Below, piece by piece: positions 35,766 through 48,718 of a stretch of DNA of 64,000 nucleotides (its first letter is position 1; every line of letters begins with the position of its first letter). The notes beneath the pieces are model-generated. The model did not search any database, was not told where the DNA came from, and worked only from the letters and a program-made list of their open reading frames with translations. Made by a program: the position numbers and the translations under genes. The stretch comes from Pelomyxa schiedti (lineage: Eukaryota > Protista > Evosea): positions 99,748-163,747 of the forward strand of contig JAHLWZ010000275.1 in the NCBI GenBank assembly GCA_020536535.1, given 5' to 3'.

Positions 35766-38267
35766 ATGATGAAGCGGGGCGGTGCAGCGGGACCAGGAGG
35801 GGTGTTGTTGCTGCGGCAGGCGGCGTCGTATAGGCCGGAGATATCGGGGGTGTCGGGATTGACGTGGTCGCAGGGCGAGTTGTTGTTGGACTCCTCTGGG
35901 CTGTTGTCTTTCTGCGTCCAGGGTCAAAGGAACCCAACGGTGGTTTTGTTTTGTTTTGTTATGTTTTTTACCAATTGCAATCATATAGTTAAGTGTGGAT
36001 GCCAAATTTATACGAACTTATGCGCAGGGCACGACAAGACCATCTGGCTTTGCTCTCAAACTCAGTTTATCCCTCCTCAGTTTGTGCTGGTTGTTCTTAT
36101 TCCACGACAGCGTGGAATGATGGGTCCGGAGGCCCTGATATGGGTGCTGTCTTTACATTCGTTACTGCTGAAGAACGTGATCGCGCACGTGATACACTTT
36201 GTGGTATAAACAGAATGCAGAAGGAAAAACCGCCACCCCCGAAACAGTCACCTCCGAATACCAGCCCCGTTGTCAAGAGGGAATACCCTACCCTGTCACC
36301 ACCACTCTCACCACCTTCATTCCAGTCTCCAGTCCCTTCGCCCACACAAAACGCATCCCCACCACCTAGATTAGAGGTACCTCCACCAACTTCTCCACCA
36401 ACATGCACCACCACAGCCACAACTTCTACAACCCCATCTTCCACGTCATCACCCACAAAATCAACGAGTTCGGTAATTCCGCCATGCTCAAGGGCGCCCC
36501 CTCCCCTTCCCTCTTTTCGGCTTCCTGATGAAGCGGCTTGCCAAGCCCTTCTGCAGTCCGACCCTGAACTGTCAGCACTGTACAATACACTTGTTGTTCG
36601 CACTAAAACACTGACTCATGAAGAATTCTGGGAATCAAGGTCTCGCATGTTTTCGCGACATGGTGTGGATTTCCATCTGAACACATTTGTTCCACTTACG
36701 TCGTTCTACTGAAACCAACAACAGAGGGTAAGAGTAAAGGCTTAGAAAATGCAATGCTTGCAGATATTCGTCCTGACATAGTTGCATCAGATGCATGCAA
36801 TAAACTAAGATACAGACTATCCCGACAAACTGTCAGAAATGTTTGTCAAGTCAAACTGCCTTTTACAAAGAGTCACACAACACAAGATTTTTCTGGAGTA
36901 CCCTTCTGTAAAAAAGGCTTATGATGAATATGTTCCAAATCAATACTCAGAGCAAGAATTTTGGGCTGGTTACTTTCAGTGCGCAGCATTTCATAGCACT
37001 GCCTCAGCACAGACGGATGTGCGACACTTCAATGAATGGTGCTTCACCACAGCCAACCTTTAACAGGGATTTGCTGGAAACCAGCGCATGCAAAAATTGC
37101 AAAGCATTTTTGAAATGTGTGCCAATAATGAAGAACGAGACCCACCTGTGACACAAAAAAAAATCAAGGTTTGCCACACTATTTGACAGTGACATTGAAC
37201 AAAAGCCAGGGATTGGATCCTCAAGCTGACGTCTCTGGTGAAGAGCGGGCTGACGTTAATACAACAAGTACGTCTACCCTGAAGCTTGGACCTTCACAAA
37301 CTTCTCTGGGTATTATCAGAAAATTTAATAGGTTCTGACTTTATGTGCCATTTTACCGAGTAACTTTTCTCAACAGGCATGGTGCTTTGATTCTCGGTTC
37401 TGTTGACCTTCTTACTCCACCTGAAATAAGACCCAAGAATTTTGTGGCATCACAGACACCAACCACATGTATCTCGCTCCCTTTTATTGCTTTAATAGTT
37501 GTAGTTCATTTAAAATGTCTGTTATAGTGGCTCGACCACTTCCCGATGTTGTGCGGCTGAATGACTTGGATGATGAATCCGGGCTGCCATTACTCCCGCT
37601 AAGCATTCAAGACCACCGAAGCTACTTTGAAAATCCAAACCAACCGGAACATGGGCTTGCAAAGGCACATGTACTTAATCATCAGCAAATACAAGAAACC
37701 TTTCGCGCTATGGTACAACTCTTTAACTTGCCTGTTTTCTAAACTTCTTGTAAGACAAAAGATGCCGTCAAAACATGCCGATTAGCAGTCACAGGAGTAC
37801 CAAAGACTGTAGTTGTGGAAGTTCTAAAAGACCTTGCTGGAACCAATGTAAAAAAAAAAGCAGCGGGAGTTACTTACTGACATATGATTCCCAGAAACAC
37901 GAGGAAAATACCACGGCATCACAAGAATCTGTACCACAAGCTTCAATTGAAGCTGACCTTCGTTCCCTCTTTTCAACAGAATGTGAGTTACTCAGACATT
38001 TTTGGGCATGTTTCCCAACCGACTCCGCAGAGAAACGCTACAAGGTAAGGACCCAAATTTGCCAGCACTGCAGTCTAACAAGCTTTTTCTCAGAGACAAA
38101 GACTTGGTGATGTACTTTTGGTACATCAAAAAGACCTCATTCTAAAACGAGAGCAAGCTGCAGCACATCAATATCCTCTGTTGGCACCAACTCTGGACCA
38201 TTTGATTACAATGTTTAATAAGGCTATTGCGAAGAACAAGACTCTTCAAAATACTAGTAGCACTTGA
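35766..38267 (+). CDS. GTF2H1: TFIIH subunit p62/Tfb1 (PH + two BSD domains)
   Basis: LLQSDPELSALYNTLV..EEFWESR; IFLEYPSVKKAYDEYVP..SEQEFW; KFNRHGALIL; ELLRHFWACFP. Confidence 0.88.
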
Positions 38268-38275
38268 ACACTGGA

Positions 38276-39351
38276 TCAATCTTGTGATTCTTTTACTTCC
38301 TCTACATCCTCCAAGTGCTCCTTTTCCGGCAATTGTACATGCCTGTCGCTTGCTGCTTTTTTACTGCCTCTACACAAGCAAGGCTTCCAAAGTGCCAAAC
38401 ACATGAATGCGCACAGTACAGTAAGAACCATAACAAAAAGAAGTGTTCCAAATGATATCCCTTGTGGAATCGTTGTTGCCTGCGGTGGTAATTAGGAAGG
38501 AATAGAGTGGTAGCTAGGCAAAGTTTTCATACCCAAGTGTACTTCTGAGCCAATATTGAGGCTACAATTTCACCAGCTTTGCACTGAGTACCCTATGAAA
38601 GGTAAACTTAAGTTATAACAACCGCAACATACTGGACACATCAAAGCACTTGGGTTGGAAATTGTGGCCATGAATGTATTGATTGTAAGCCCGGCATTTT
38701 CACACTGTGCACACGCACCCTACTGAGTTATTGAGTCAAAAGAAATGAGGAAAAAGTAAACTAACCATGGTACAGTAGCCAAGCCACTCGTAGAATAAAA
38801 ATTGTGTCAGATTTTCAGGGTTAAAGACAGGAACTCCACAAACAGTCTCTGCCGTATCTACAGTTGGCACCTAGTGTATGTGAGTGTAGGGATGCCACTT
38901 TACAGAGGAAAACCTCAATTGGCACAGTACTTGTAGGGTCAACCCATAAAGTGAAGGGGTTGCACGGTGTTCCAAAAATACTTGTGTCAATAGACACACA
39001 AGTCCCAGAGTCAGTGAGTCCCTTGTTAGAATGTCAAATAGGGGTTTTCTTTGTGCTGAGTTGCTGTGTTTCTTTAAAAAAAAAAAACCTGTTGTTTTCT
39101 GCAGTATTTGCCAATTGGACAGTCGCAATTTCCTTGGCACTCCGAGCAAACACTATTCACACAAAAAGGCTGTACACACGTGTAATGCATCACGTCAATC
39201 GAGTCCCATAACTCCCCCCTCAAAACACTAGTCTTAACAAACAAACCTTGCCAGAGACTGGCACGCAATCATTTGGCACACTGCATGCGGTGCATGTTAC
39301 CAAACCAACCCACCACACAACACCAACCACTACTGGCAACAACACTTTCAT
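38276..39351 (-). CDS. Cys-rich single-pass membrane protein with signal peptide
   Basis: MKVLLPVVVGVVWWVGLVTC signal, many Cys-rich exons, hydrophobic segment near 38400-38460. Confidence 0.65.
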
Positions 39352-39597
39352 CACAAAGGAAAATGATTTCGTGTACAAACACCTGTTTGAAAGAAAACTT
39401 CTCTGATCGGAGGAGATTGGCACCCAGAGTGCAGGCTCACTCTAAGTTGTTGTGAGACTGGTCTTGCAAAACAGAAAAGTGTGCATTTATTTTTTGTAAC
39501 AAGGTGACGGTGCATTATCTGAAGGGTTTATATTACAGTTTGGGCTGGGCACTGAAGACCACAAATGGAGAAATATGGTGCACGAGTGCTCTTCTGT

Positions 39598-42500
39598 CTA
39601 CTCACTGGATAGGATTTCATCCTCAGCAGCGTCCTGGGAGTTGATTTGTGAGGCACCAACATCATCCTGTGTCCCTGGGTCATCAAAGAACTCCCCAGAA
39701 TTGTTTGTTTCCAGGTCCTCGCCAGTGCTGCTGTTGTTTGGGTTGCGCTGTGATGGCCTCCTAGAAGTGAGATTCTTCTTCACCGGTTGTGGGGCCGATA
39801 CTGACACACTGACATCTTGTGATTGTGACTGGTCTTCATCATACCGCGGAGTGCGCCCACTTTGTGAGACTTCTGCTTCTGATTCCTGGTGATCGCCTGA
39901 GGTGTTGGTATTGAAGCTTCCTTCATTCAAGTCCCACTCTCCTGATACACTATTTACATTTTCCGGCTGTTGGTTATGGTGGTGAGATGTGGCAGCATTG
40001 TTCCCATTATTACCCCCTCTGGGAGGTTGCGGTGCTGGTGGTGCTGTTGTTGGTCCACCTGCTTTGGAGTTGCTTTTGTTTGTGGTTTGTTGGTCAGTTT
40101 GTGGAGCCTCAGTGGTTGCTTTGGTGTTTGTTTGTGTTACTGGAGATGGAATTTGTAGTCCTGATGTTGCCGGAGATGCAAGTGAAGTCAGAAGTGGCCC
40201 AAGAGCAGCTAATGCAGCTGAAGCCTGTGGAGATGTTCGGATGGCATTGGCTTGCTGTGCTTGAATGAAATTTTGAAGTTGTGTCTGAAACCAATTAGTT
40301 TTGTTGGTTTTGAACTTATGTTATGGGCATCTTTTTTGCAAATGATAATTACCCTCATTCTATCAGTAAGCTGTGCAACATTTTTTTGCAATTTGATCAC
40401 ATCTTCGGCTTGTTTCGCCATTTTTTCATCTTTAGACTATAATGCGTGAGGGGAAGGAAAATGTATTGCCGTATTTAACCTGTAATTGCTTTTCAAGGAG
40501 AGAAATTTCTCTGTGTTGAATTGTTGTTGTACTCTGTAGTTTGAAGAACTCCTAGCATAACTTTAGTCTCCCATGAACTTAACCTTATTTATGTACCTTC
40601 TCCATCATATCGATTTCAGCTTTGTGAGTACCAACTTCTGTTTGAGGTTATTCCATCAAAACGATAATAAATTTGAACACCATGTGCAAGTTGGGCTTCA
40701 TGCTTAGCCTGTTGAGCAATATCAGCTTCAGCTGCCCTTGATGGCGTTGGGATAGTTGTAATTTCTAATAACCTTACTTCAACTTCGATTCAAGATCCGC
40801 AATGGTTTCTTTCGCCTTCATCAATTCTAATTTACTTGTCTTTTTCACTAAGAGATTAATAGTGAATACGATAGTTATTTGTGAGCAACCTCAGGTGGTA
40901 GTCTCTATAGATAATTTGAGTTCAACATTAATGAGAGGAAGATGAACCGATGAGGCTATGGCAAGTTTAGAGATGGTTTCATCCTTTGATCTTGCCATTT
41001 GCTCTAGTTCTTTGATCCGTTGATCGCGATCTCGCAGTTGATCACTTGATGAGTGCTGCGCAGAACTTGAGTGTACGTGTCCACCAGAGGAAGCTGTATT
41101 TTGAGGCACCGAGTCATCCTTAGTAGCCCTGGTCTTATTATTATATCCATCTCTAGAAGATTTTCCCTTGGAATGCCGCATTGGGTCAGAGGAATTTAGT
41201 TGCTCCAACTCCTGAATTCGACTATCTCTTTGCTTCAACTATGGAAAATCAGTGCTAATTCTGTGGAGTAATGGATAGTCGACCTGTTCTACAATAATTT
41301 GGTTGGTCTCTTCAAGATCTGCTATTCTTTGTTGCAGTTCCTCTGAGGTACTATTGAGTTGTGCTTTTTGTTGTTCCAGCTCTGCAATGGTATGTTGAAG
41401 TTCTTCTGTTGCTTCGTCATGTCGTTGGACTTGAAGTTGAAGCTGCTTCACATTGCTTTGCAATGCGGCCGTTTGTGCCCTATTCACATTAGTTTTCCAA
41501 TGCGAATTGGATGGGGTTCTGCACTTATGCTGTTTAAGTTCCTCTTGTGCTGTTTGAAGAAGAACTCGAGTCTCAATCTTCTCTGCTTCACGTCTATTGA
41601 AGTCATCCCCCAAAGATGAAGATTGCTCCAACTAAGAAGAGTTGTAAACATTTAATTACCAACTACATGAGAAAACCTGTTGAATCTCCACTTTTCTTGA
41701 CAGGCTTTCAAATCCCTTCTGAAGTTGTGATATCTGTCTGATAACTATAAGACGAAAATTTCGGAAAATGACTCTTACTGCTGAAGATGTTGATTGCCTT
41801 TAGTAAGAGTTTCGATTTTGGCATTCTTTTTCTGAAGTTCGGCTAGAAAGAGTTAGCTGGGACTCTTCATTGAGAGCATCAAAAACCTTTTAGACGTTGT
41901 AGCTCAGCACTTTCATCAGCAAGAGATCCCTATAACATATTTATTTGAGGATATTTGTGTATTGTAGCACACCGGCTTTGATGGGGAAGAAGGTTGAGAA
42001 AGTTGCTGTCGCAAATTCTGAATAGTTTGGTCCATTGAACTTATTTGTGCACGCAACTCCTAACAAGAGTGAAAAAGTAGGCATGTTCTCGCCAGTAGAA
42101 CCTCCTCTTTCCGTTTTGAGGCCTCCAAATTTGTTTTATATTCAAAAAGTTGCTCTTTGTACCTGGAAACCTGCCCACCTCTTGTTAAAAGAGGAAAAAG
42201 GGAAAATAAAAAGATAAACCACAAACCTCAGCTAGAAGGGAGGAAATATGTCGTTCTTTATCAATAACTAAATGTTTAAGCCCTTCTCCCACCTCTTCAA
42301 CCTCTCTTGTAACTTCATGCCAAGAGCTCTTTTTTCCCAAATTACAAGTTAATATTAACACTATGAAGCGAAAATGAAATATTACGCACGCCAGGGCGCT
42401 GGGTGCTCTGTTTTTGCAGCATGATGGATTGCTGCAGCACATCCAAGGCACAACACCGCGGGCAAAAATGAGTACTCTGTCCATTCCAGCAGCAGTCAGA

Positions 42501-42761
42501 CCCACCACCACACCCATTCCCACATTGACACCCACTAGTGCCATTAACAGCCTCCCCACCATTCGCAGTTGCATCAAACCGTTGCGTCACATTTGGAGTT
42601 GCATTGACGTTGCAATTGGGACCAACTCCACGAGGAGGCGCCGGCCTAGGGGCCGACTGGGTGCCGCGTCCCACAATGCTTCCTCGCGGAGGTGGTCTGT
42701 AGTTTTGTGGGGAAGTCGCTGTGCTGGTGGCGTACATTCCAGTCGTAGTCCTGCTGCGCAC
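39598..42761 (-). CDS. Hypothetical long coiled-coil protein with low-complexity termini (start approximate)
   Basis: Chain of E/Q/K-rich minus-strand exons separated by short introns. Confidence 0.55.
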
Positions 42762-43075
42762 TGTAGCGCCCCCGTACGGCCCACACGATGCAGCCCTGAA
42801 TTATGGGTGAGATTGTTAGAGTTTGTCTTTAATATGGCCGTCCCTTTTTTGCGTTTTGGGTTGGTCGTTTGGTGGAAAAAAATGGAAGACGAAACAATTT
42901 TGAAACGGCGAAAGAAGGAACCGACTTGTTTAGTGACGTCCTCAATGCCCTAAGTGTCTCGACGGTGGCTGGCCCCGACATTCAACAAGGTCTTGTTTAT
43001 TAGAAACTACGTGACTTGAAATCCTTCGCGAAAATCAAAAGTTCCGGAAAATTTTGGTTACTTGATGTTTTTTCC

Positions 43076-44193
43076 TTACGACCTCTTTCTTGCTGCCTCT
43101 GCTTCAGACAAGTCAATTTCTGAAACGTGATAGTCCATGGCAATAATTGACTGCATATTGGTGGGATCACGCAATTTGACACCTTCAGGACAACCAGTGA
43201 GTTATGTTACAGCAACACCACATCTTCCTGGAATTAGGTGTGACAAACCTGTTGCACATTTGAAGAAACAGCGGATTTCAGGTACTACTTCACATTTCTT
43301 TAGCCAGTCATCGGCAGTGATGATTCCATCGTTATTATCATCAGCCGCAGCAAAAATCTAATCAGGGTCAGGCAGGGAATGTGATTGGCAGTAGTAACCT
43401 TGTTAACCGTGTCCAATATCAGTGAGGAGCTGGAATCAACGTACTGCTGAGCACTGATAACTTATTAAGTGTGGTTAGGAGACTCCGTTATAAAATACTC
43501 CAAAGATACTCGCTTGATTTCTAATAATCTCCAAAGCATCAACACCGGGCCTATCTAGGAGAGATGCGAACTCAGTTTTTGCCAATCCCATCGTCAGAAT
43601 GATTTGAGTGTAGAATATTGTTACATCGATTGAATGCTTTAATTCCTCTTTAGTAAGTCTCCCATCACCTTTGGCTGGTTACCGTAGAATTGAAACAGTT
43701 GAAAGAGGAACCATTTTTATCTGCGAAGTTGAAAGCTAGCATGGCCTTCTCCTTGGCATTACCATATGTAAGCAAGGACAACTATAATAAGAGTTATTTC
43801 AATAGCAAGTGCCGGCGAGGGGCTGTACCCCCGCAAATAAGCTCTCACGAGAAATCAATCCAGTATGCTCACTGTCAAGAAGGTGGAATACCATGCCATT
43901 GAATTCAACTTCTCTGATAGCAATACAGTCAGAGAAAAATCTCCTCACCTGCCCCATCAGCTTTCCAAACTTTACCTCATTCAACTAACACCACGTAAAT
44001 ATATTTTGGAAGAAATAAAGGGGAAAAAAAAAAGAGGTAAGTGCCAATGGAAAGTCCCTCAAATTGAAGAAGCACATAAGGAGGGTACATGTGATTCCCC
44101 ACAGGACGCCCAGGCGTCATCCAATGCCCTTCTTTGTTCCTTGGTCATCCTGGCCCCTCTGGCCAAATCGGCCTTGGACACACTCTCACCCAT
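43076..44193 (-). CDS. Calcineurin B / neuronal calcium sensor-like EF-hand protein
   Basis: MGESVSK myristoylation-type start; EF loops DSEHTGLIS, DKNGDGRLTKEE, DDNNDGIITADD; GNAKEKAMLAF. Confidence 0.8.
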
Positions 44194-44383
44194 CACTATA
44201 CTAGTAAATAGTACCCTAGTACTTGATAGAAAATTAAATAGTTTCGCCTTGGGTGCCCCTTCTGCAACTTTTCCCCATTCCTAGAAGCATAAGATCGGCC
44301 CATCAAATTGGATCACGGACTGTCTGAGAACAGAGGGAGGCTCGCCCCATTGTGAACCGTGAATTGGGAATTGGGAATTGCAC

Positions 44384-45203
44384 ATGGCGGCCACACACGC
44401 TTACGGATTGATTGAGCCTGCGGAGCTCGCCGAGCTGCTGAGGGAGCTGGACTCCCACACAACAACAAGTAGCACTCCGTCGCCCTCGAATGGTGCAATA
44501 AAAACACCCAGCGCTGATATCAACACGATCACAACAACAGCCACAACAGCCAGTTGCGGGGATGATGCCCTTGCCACTGGTACTGCTACAGCAAACACTG
44601 GAACGGCGGATAAGAGACCAACAGTGTGTAGTTGCACTACTGCAAGCACCACCAGGAGCAGTGCGACCTCTGGTGACGTCGCCAGCACAAGTAGGCCAGT
44701 CAATGCGTCTTTGGCGAAACCAGGGAAGCCGACGGCAGTAACCACAACAAAAACGACATCGTCAACACCTACGGCTGCAAGGGCAAAGGGTGCAACAGCG
44801 CAGTCAAAGCCAATTGCTGTGCGGCAGCAAGGGGGTGGAGCTGCACAGCAGGAAATTGTAATAGTTGATGTGAGGGGAAAGCTTCGGCCACACATCCGAG
44901 GAGCCAACCAAATCGCCTGCCATGAATTCCTTCGCTCCGTTGATGCATATGTAGCACAGTGGAGCACTGCAAAACGGGTGGTGTTCCATTGCCAGCACAG
45001 CCAAGTGAGAGGCCCACAGTGCGCCGGTGCTTTTGTGGAGAGGCTTAGAACCAAGTTCCCTTCCTCTGAAACCCAGGTGTTGTTGCTAACTGGTGGATTC
45101 ACCAGGTACAAAGCCCCTTTGTTTCCATCAAACCAAAACAAGTAACTATCACAGGTTTGAGCACAAGTTTGGCAAGGACAAGGACTTAGTTGTTGACACC
45201 TAG
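44384..45203 (+). CDS. Cdc25-like rhodanese phosphatase / arsenate reductase (Acr2/Ych1 type) with Thr-rich insertion
   Basis: IVDVR..HIRGA, VVFHCQHSQVRGP (HCx5R), LLTGGF. Confidence 0.88.
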
Positions 45204-45346
45204 TGGGCTGGGACTGAGACATTCGGGCGGTTGTGATCCAGCCCAACCGTTACGTCTACGGGAAAATTTTCGGAAACGCCGAAGCATATTATTCTGGGAA
45301 AACGAACCAAAACTTCACTTCAAAAAAAAAAAAAACAGAAGAAAAG

Positions 45347-46979
45347 ATGAGCCACCACGAGCACGGCGGGCACCACGACCCCCATGCCCACGAGCACGCA
45401 CAGTGTTGCTGTCAACGCCATGATTCTCATTCGCACGCCCCACGACCTCCGTCCCCGCGCTCTTCGCCGTCGCACCACCACGCTCAATGCGAGACCGCGG
45501 AGATGGCCCATCATGACCGATACGCCCACGAGTCGAGGGAGGCGTCCCACAATCACGAGGGCAGCTCGTCCTCGTCGTCCTCTACGCCTCATCATCACCA
45601 CCGTAATGAGCACCCACCTGTGGACCACCACGGGCCTCCTTCCCATAATCCCCATGGCCGCGGGGAGCATGAGTATGAGCATGAGCATCACCACCACGGT
45701 GAGCACGACGGCCACCACGACCAAGATTATGGGAGGCCGAGGCATATGGCCCGTTATGACGACGACCGCGGGCGAGACCCCCGCAATCACAACCACGAGC
45801 ACGAGCATGATGTGTCCCCTCACCATTCAGGCGGCGGAGAAAGCAGCAGGGACCACCGCCACAGTGGTGATTATGGGACGCAGCCGCAGCCCTCCGGGAG
45901 GACGTCGCCCCACACCTCGCCCCATAATTCCAGGCACCCAAGCGGATCGTCTGAGGTTGTCCACGGCCACTCGCACGAGTCGAGTGATGGAGGCCACGTC
46001 AGCGAAGGGATTTCCTTGAAGCTGTCTGGTAGCAGGGATGATGAGGCACATGGTCATTATGGTGATCATCATTCTAGTCACTCCTCTGGTTCTGCTGCTC
46101 ACTCTCCCAGGTACACTCTCTTATCTCCCATATATATGGAGGAAAAACAAAACCTAACATTTGTCGGCCATGATTACAGCAGAGGGCACACTGATTCCCA
46201 TGCTTCATCTTCGTCCCACCACTCCAGTTCAAGGACTTCTGAGAAATATGCACGCGTGAAGAAAGAAAATAAGGCACTGGGGCTAATATGCCGCTTCACA
46301 CCAGAACAAATGACAGACTTCAATAATGCATTCAGAAAGACTGTGAGTGTAACAAAACAAAAAAAAAAAAAAAAAAAACAAAGCCAATTCTCTCTCACCG
46401 AATAACACCTTTCAAATACAGGGAAAACGTTATGATGGCGAACTCAATTTGGCAGAGTTTCGTAGTATCCTCCACCTTGTACTTCCAGTAGAGGAGATTA
46501 CAGACCAAGATACCAAAACCCTCTTTGAGCTCATGGATGTTGATTACAGTGGCGGTGTAAGCTTCAGTGTGCACCACATTCTTTCTCTTTCTTTTCTCCT
46601 TAACACCAAAATCAGAGGAGTTTTGTTTGTGGTCCAGCATCTTTACTGGGGCGTCCACCTCACAAGACGTATGCACGTGATTCCCAATCCTTATTTTCTT
46701 ACCCACCGCACTGCTTCCCAGAAATCCGCCTGGCTCGATGTTATGTTTACAATGCTAGATACGGACGACAGCGGCACCCTCGACGCAGACGAGATTGCAA
46801 TAGGCTACATGCGGGTAGTCAAAGGGACCACGATGCTGGCAGGAGGCTCAGCCGACTCGGAAGAGCTTCAGGCCACAAGTGCCCACATTACTGATGCTGT
46901 AAACAACCACTTCAAGGGCAGGAAGAAGATATCGAAACCTGAGTTTATGAAGTTCTGGGAGGCACTTACGGGAGAGTGA
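45347..46979 (+). CDS. His-rich N-terminal region + EF-hand protein
   Basis: ~280-aa His/Ser-rich segment; EF loops DVDYSGGVSF and DTDDSGTLDADE. Confidence 0.8.
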
Positions 46980-47133
46980 GCTCAAAAACATTCAGACAAA
47001 CAAATAAAGCAAACCAAAAGGCGTGCAATAAAAAGGGACTTGTGTTGGTAACAGTTTATTTGTGCAAAAACATTTATACAAACAGGCTAAATACAAAATG
47101 TGGGTGTGCAGGGATTTGGCGATGTTGGACTGA

Positions 47134-48269
47134 CTAAAATACATCCTCAATCCCTATGCAGGACAGTGAATATTAGCTGAACCACATCAAAAAAAAAAAA
47201 AACCTACCCATGTGCCACTCTGGGAAGCATTCAATACACAATGGTACACAACAAGCTATGCAGTAAACTCGAGTTTTCGATCTTTTACAGTGGTTGCTGT
47301 AGCAATTCTTGCATGATCGCCTGACATCATTAGAAAATTAGGAGCTTTCTTTATGTTACCTTATTTTACGGTTGTCAGGCCCACGGCCTTCAAATTTTGC
47401 CGGAAAATGTCGTTTCCTCCCTGAGGAAAGTTAGTCTAATTTACAATAAAATTAGGAAACCTGCAAATTGAGGGGGTGGTACTGTGCAAACAAGTGGTTC
47501 AGAAGTTAGTTGAGGCTGGGCTTGGGATGGTGGGAGTGGTAAGGGTAATGGCATGGTTAATTGCGAGGACAAGGGAAGTTGCGGCTGTTGCAAGGGTTGA
47601 GTTGTGATTGAGGGTACTGTCAGTGGTAATACCATTCCTACTGGTCCATTTCCAACAATCCCAATAGGTTGGGTATCACGTTTCCAGTGGCAAAGGCAGC
47701 CCCCTACACAGGAGCAAACATTTGCGTCTGGTATACATGTGCACATAAAGGTTGTGTCATTTTTTGGGGGGAATGAAGGACTTGCAACCAAAGGATTTGC
47801 TGCTGTGGATGAAGTGGATGTGGTGGACACAGTAGCTGGAGACACTTGGGTTGATACTGTAATGGGGCTGGGTGATGCCGTAGAAGCCTCCTCAAAAAGT
47901 TGTTGAGCTAATCTCAATTGATAAGAGCATTTTTTTGATCTGTGCACAAATGTGTAAATGTCAATATCTGAGAGTGCCTGAAAGAAGTCAAACCCTTGCT
48001 TGTGCCCCTTTCTTTTGCAGTCAGCACAAATTGGCAGCTTATTTTGAAGAGATTTTCTTGGAAGAACACTGCATTTGACTAGCGACACCTATAGACATCC
48101 CCCAGTAAGCAAATAGCACAAATAGTCTGAAGGGGAAGAAAAAAAAAAAAAGTAATCGACACACGTCAGTGATCCACACAGAAGACGACTGCGGCGGAGT
48201 CACAGGTGTCCCCGTATTCATTGCATTAACATTCGGCGGCGAGTCATGGGACCTGCATAAAGAAGGCAT
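47134..48269 (-). CDS. Protein with C-terminal piggyBac-type cysteine-rich domain
   Basis: Spliced tail HFPAKF..RRSCKNCYSNHCKRSKTRVYCIACCVPLCIECFPEWH; upstream Cys cluster and Pro/Thr linker. Confidence 0.6.
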
Positions 48270-48718
48270 TTATGATGTAAGATCCAAGTGGGCGCTGTGG
48301 TTTTTCTCCCTCCCCTCTACGATTTATATTGTTATTATGTGTTTACATGTTGTTTATTAGCTAGGATTTCGACACGAAGACTACGGCTGTGACGGTACCT
48401 TGGCGTTGGAGCTCGCTCAAACGAAAATTAAATAAAAACACGATCCAGAAAGTGGGATCTCAGAGGAAACACTTGATCTTGGAGGTTGCCGTGGTGTAGG
48501 AATGAAGGTGCTGTGGTCCAAGTCCCAGCTGCCAGATACACCGAAACCGCTTGTATTTTCGTTGTTTTCTTGATTACCCGCGATCTTCAGCATAATCTTG
48601 TGTTTTTTCTTTTCGGCCAACGCAGTGGACCACTTGTTAGTCCTCAGTCCCGCCCCAGCAGCACCGAAAAACAAGGGTGGAAAAAAACAACAAAAATAAA
48701 AAATAAAAATATATCACG

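Noticed and set aside
42060-42101. Possible GC-AG intron
   Set aside because: An in-frame GT donor 9 nt upstream gives a typical 42-nt intron.
48469-48480. 12-nt match to U2 snRNA (AAGATCAAGTGT, minus strand)
   Set aside because: The branch-pairing GTAGTA and stem I are absent, and no C/D box context for an antisense guide was found.
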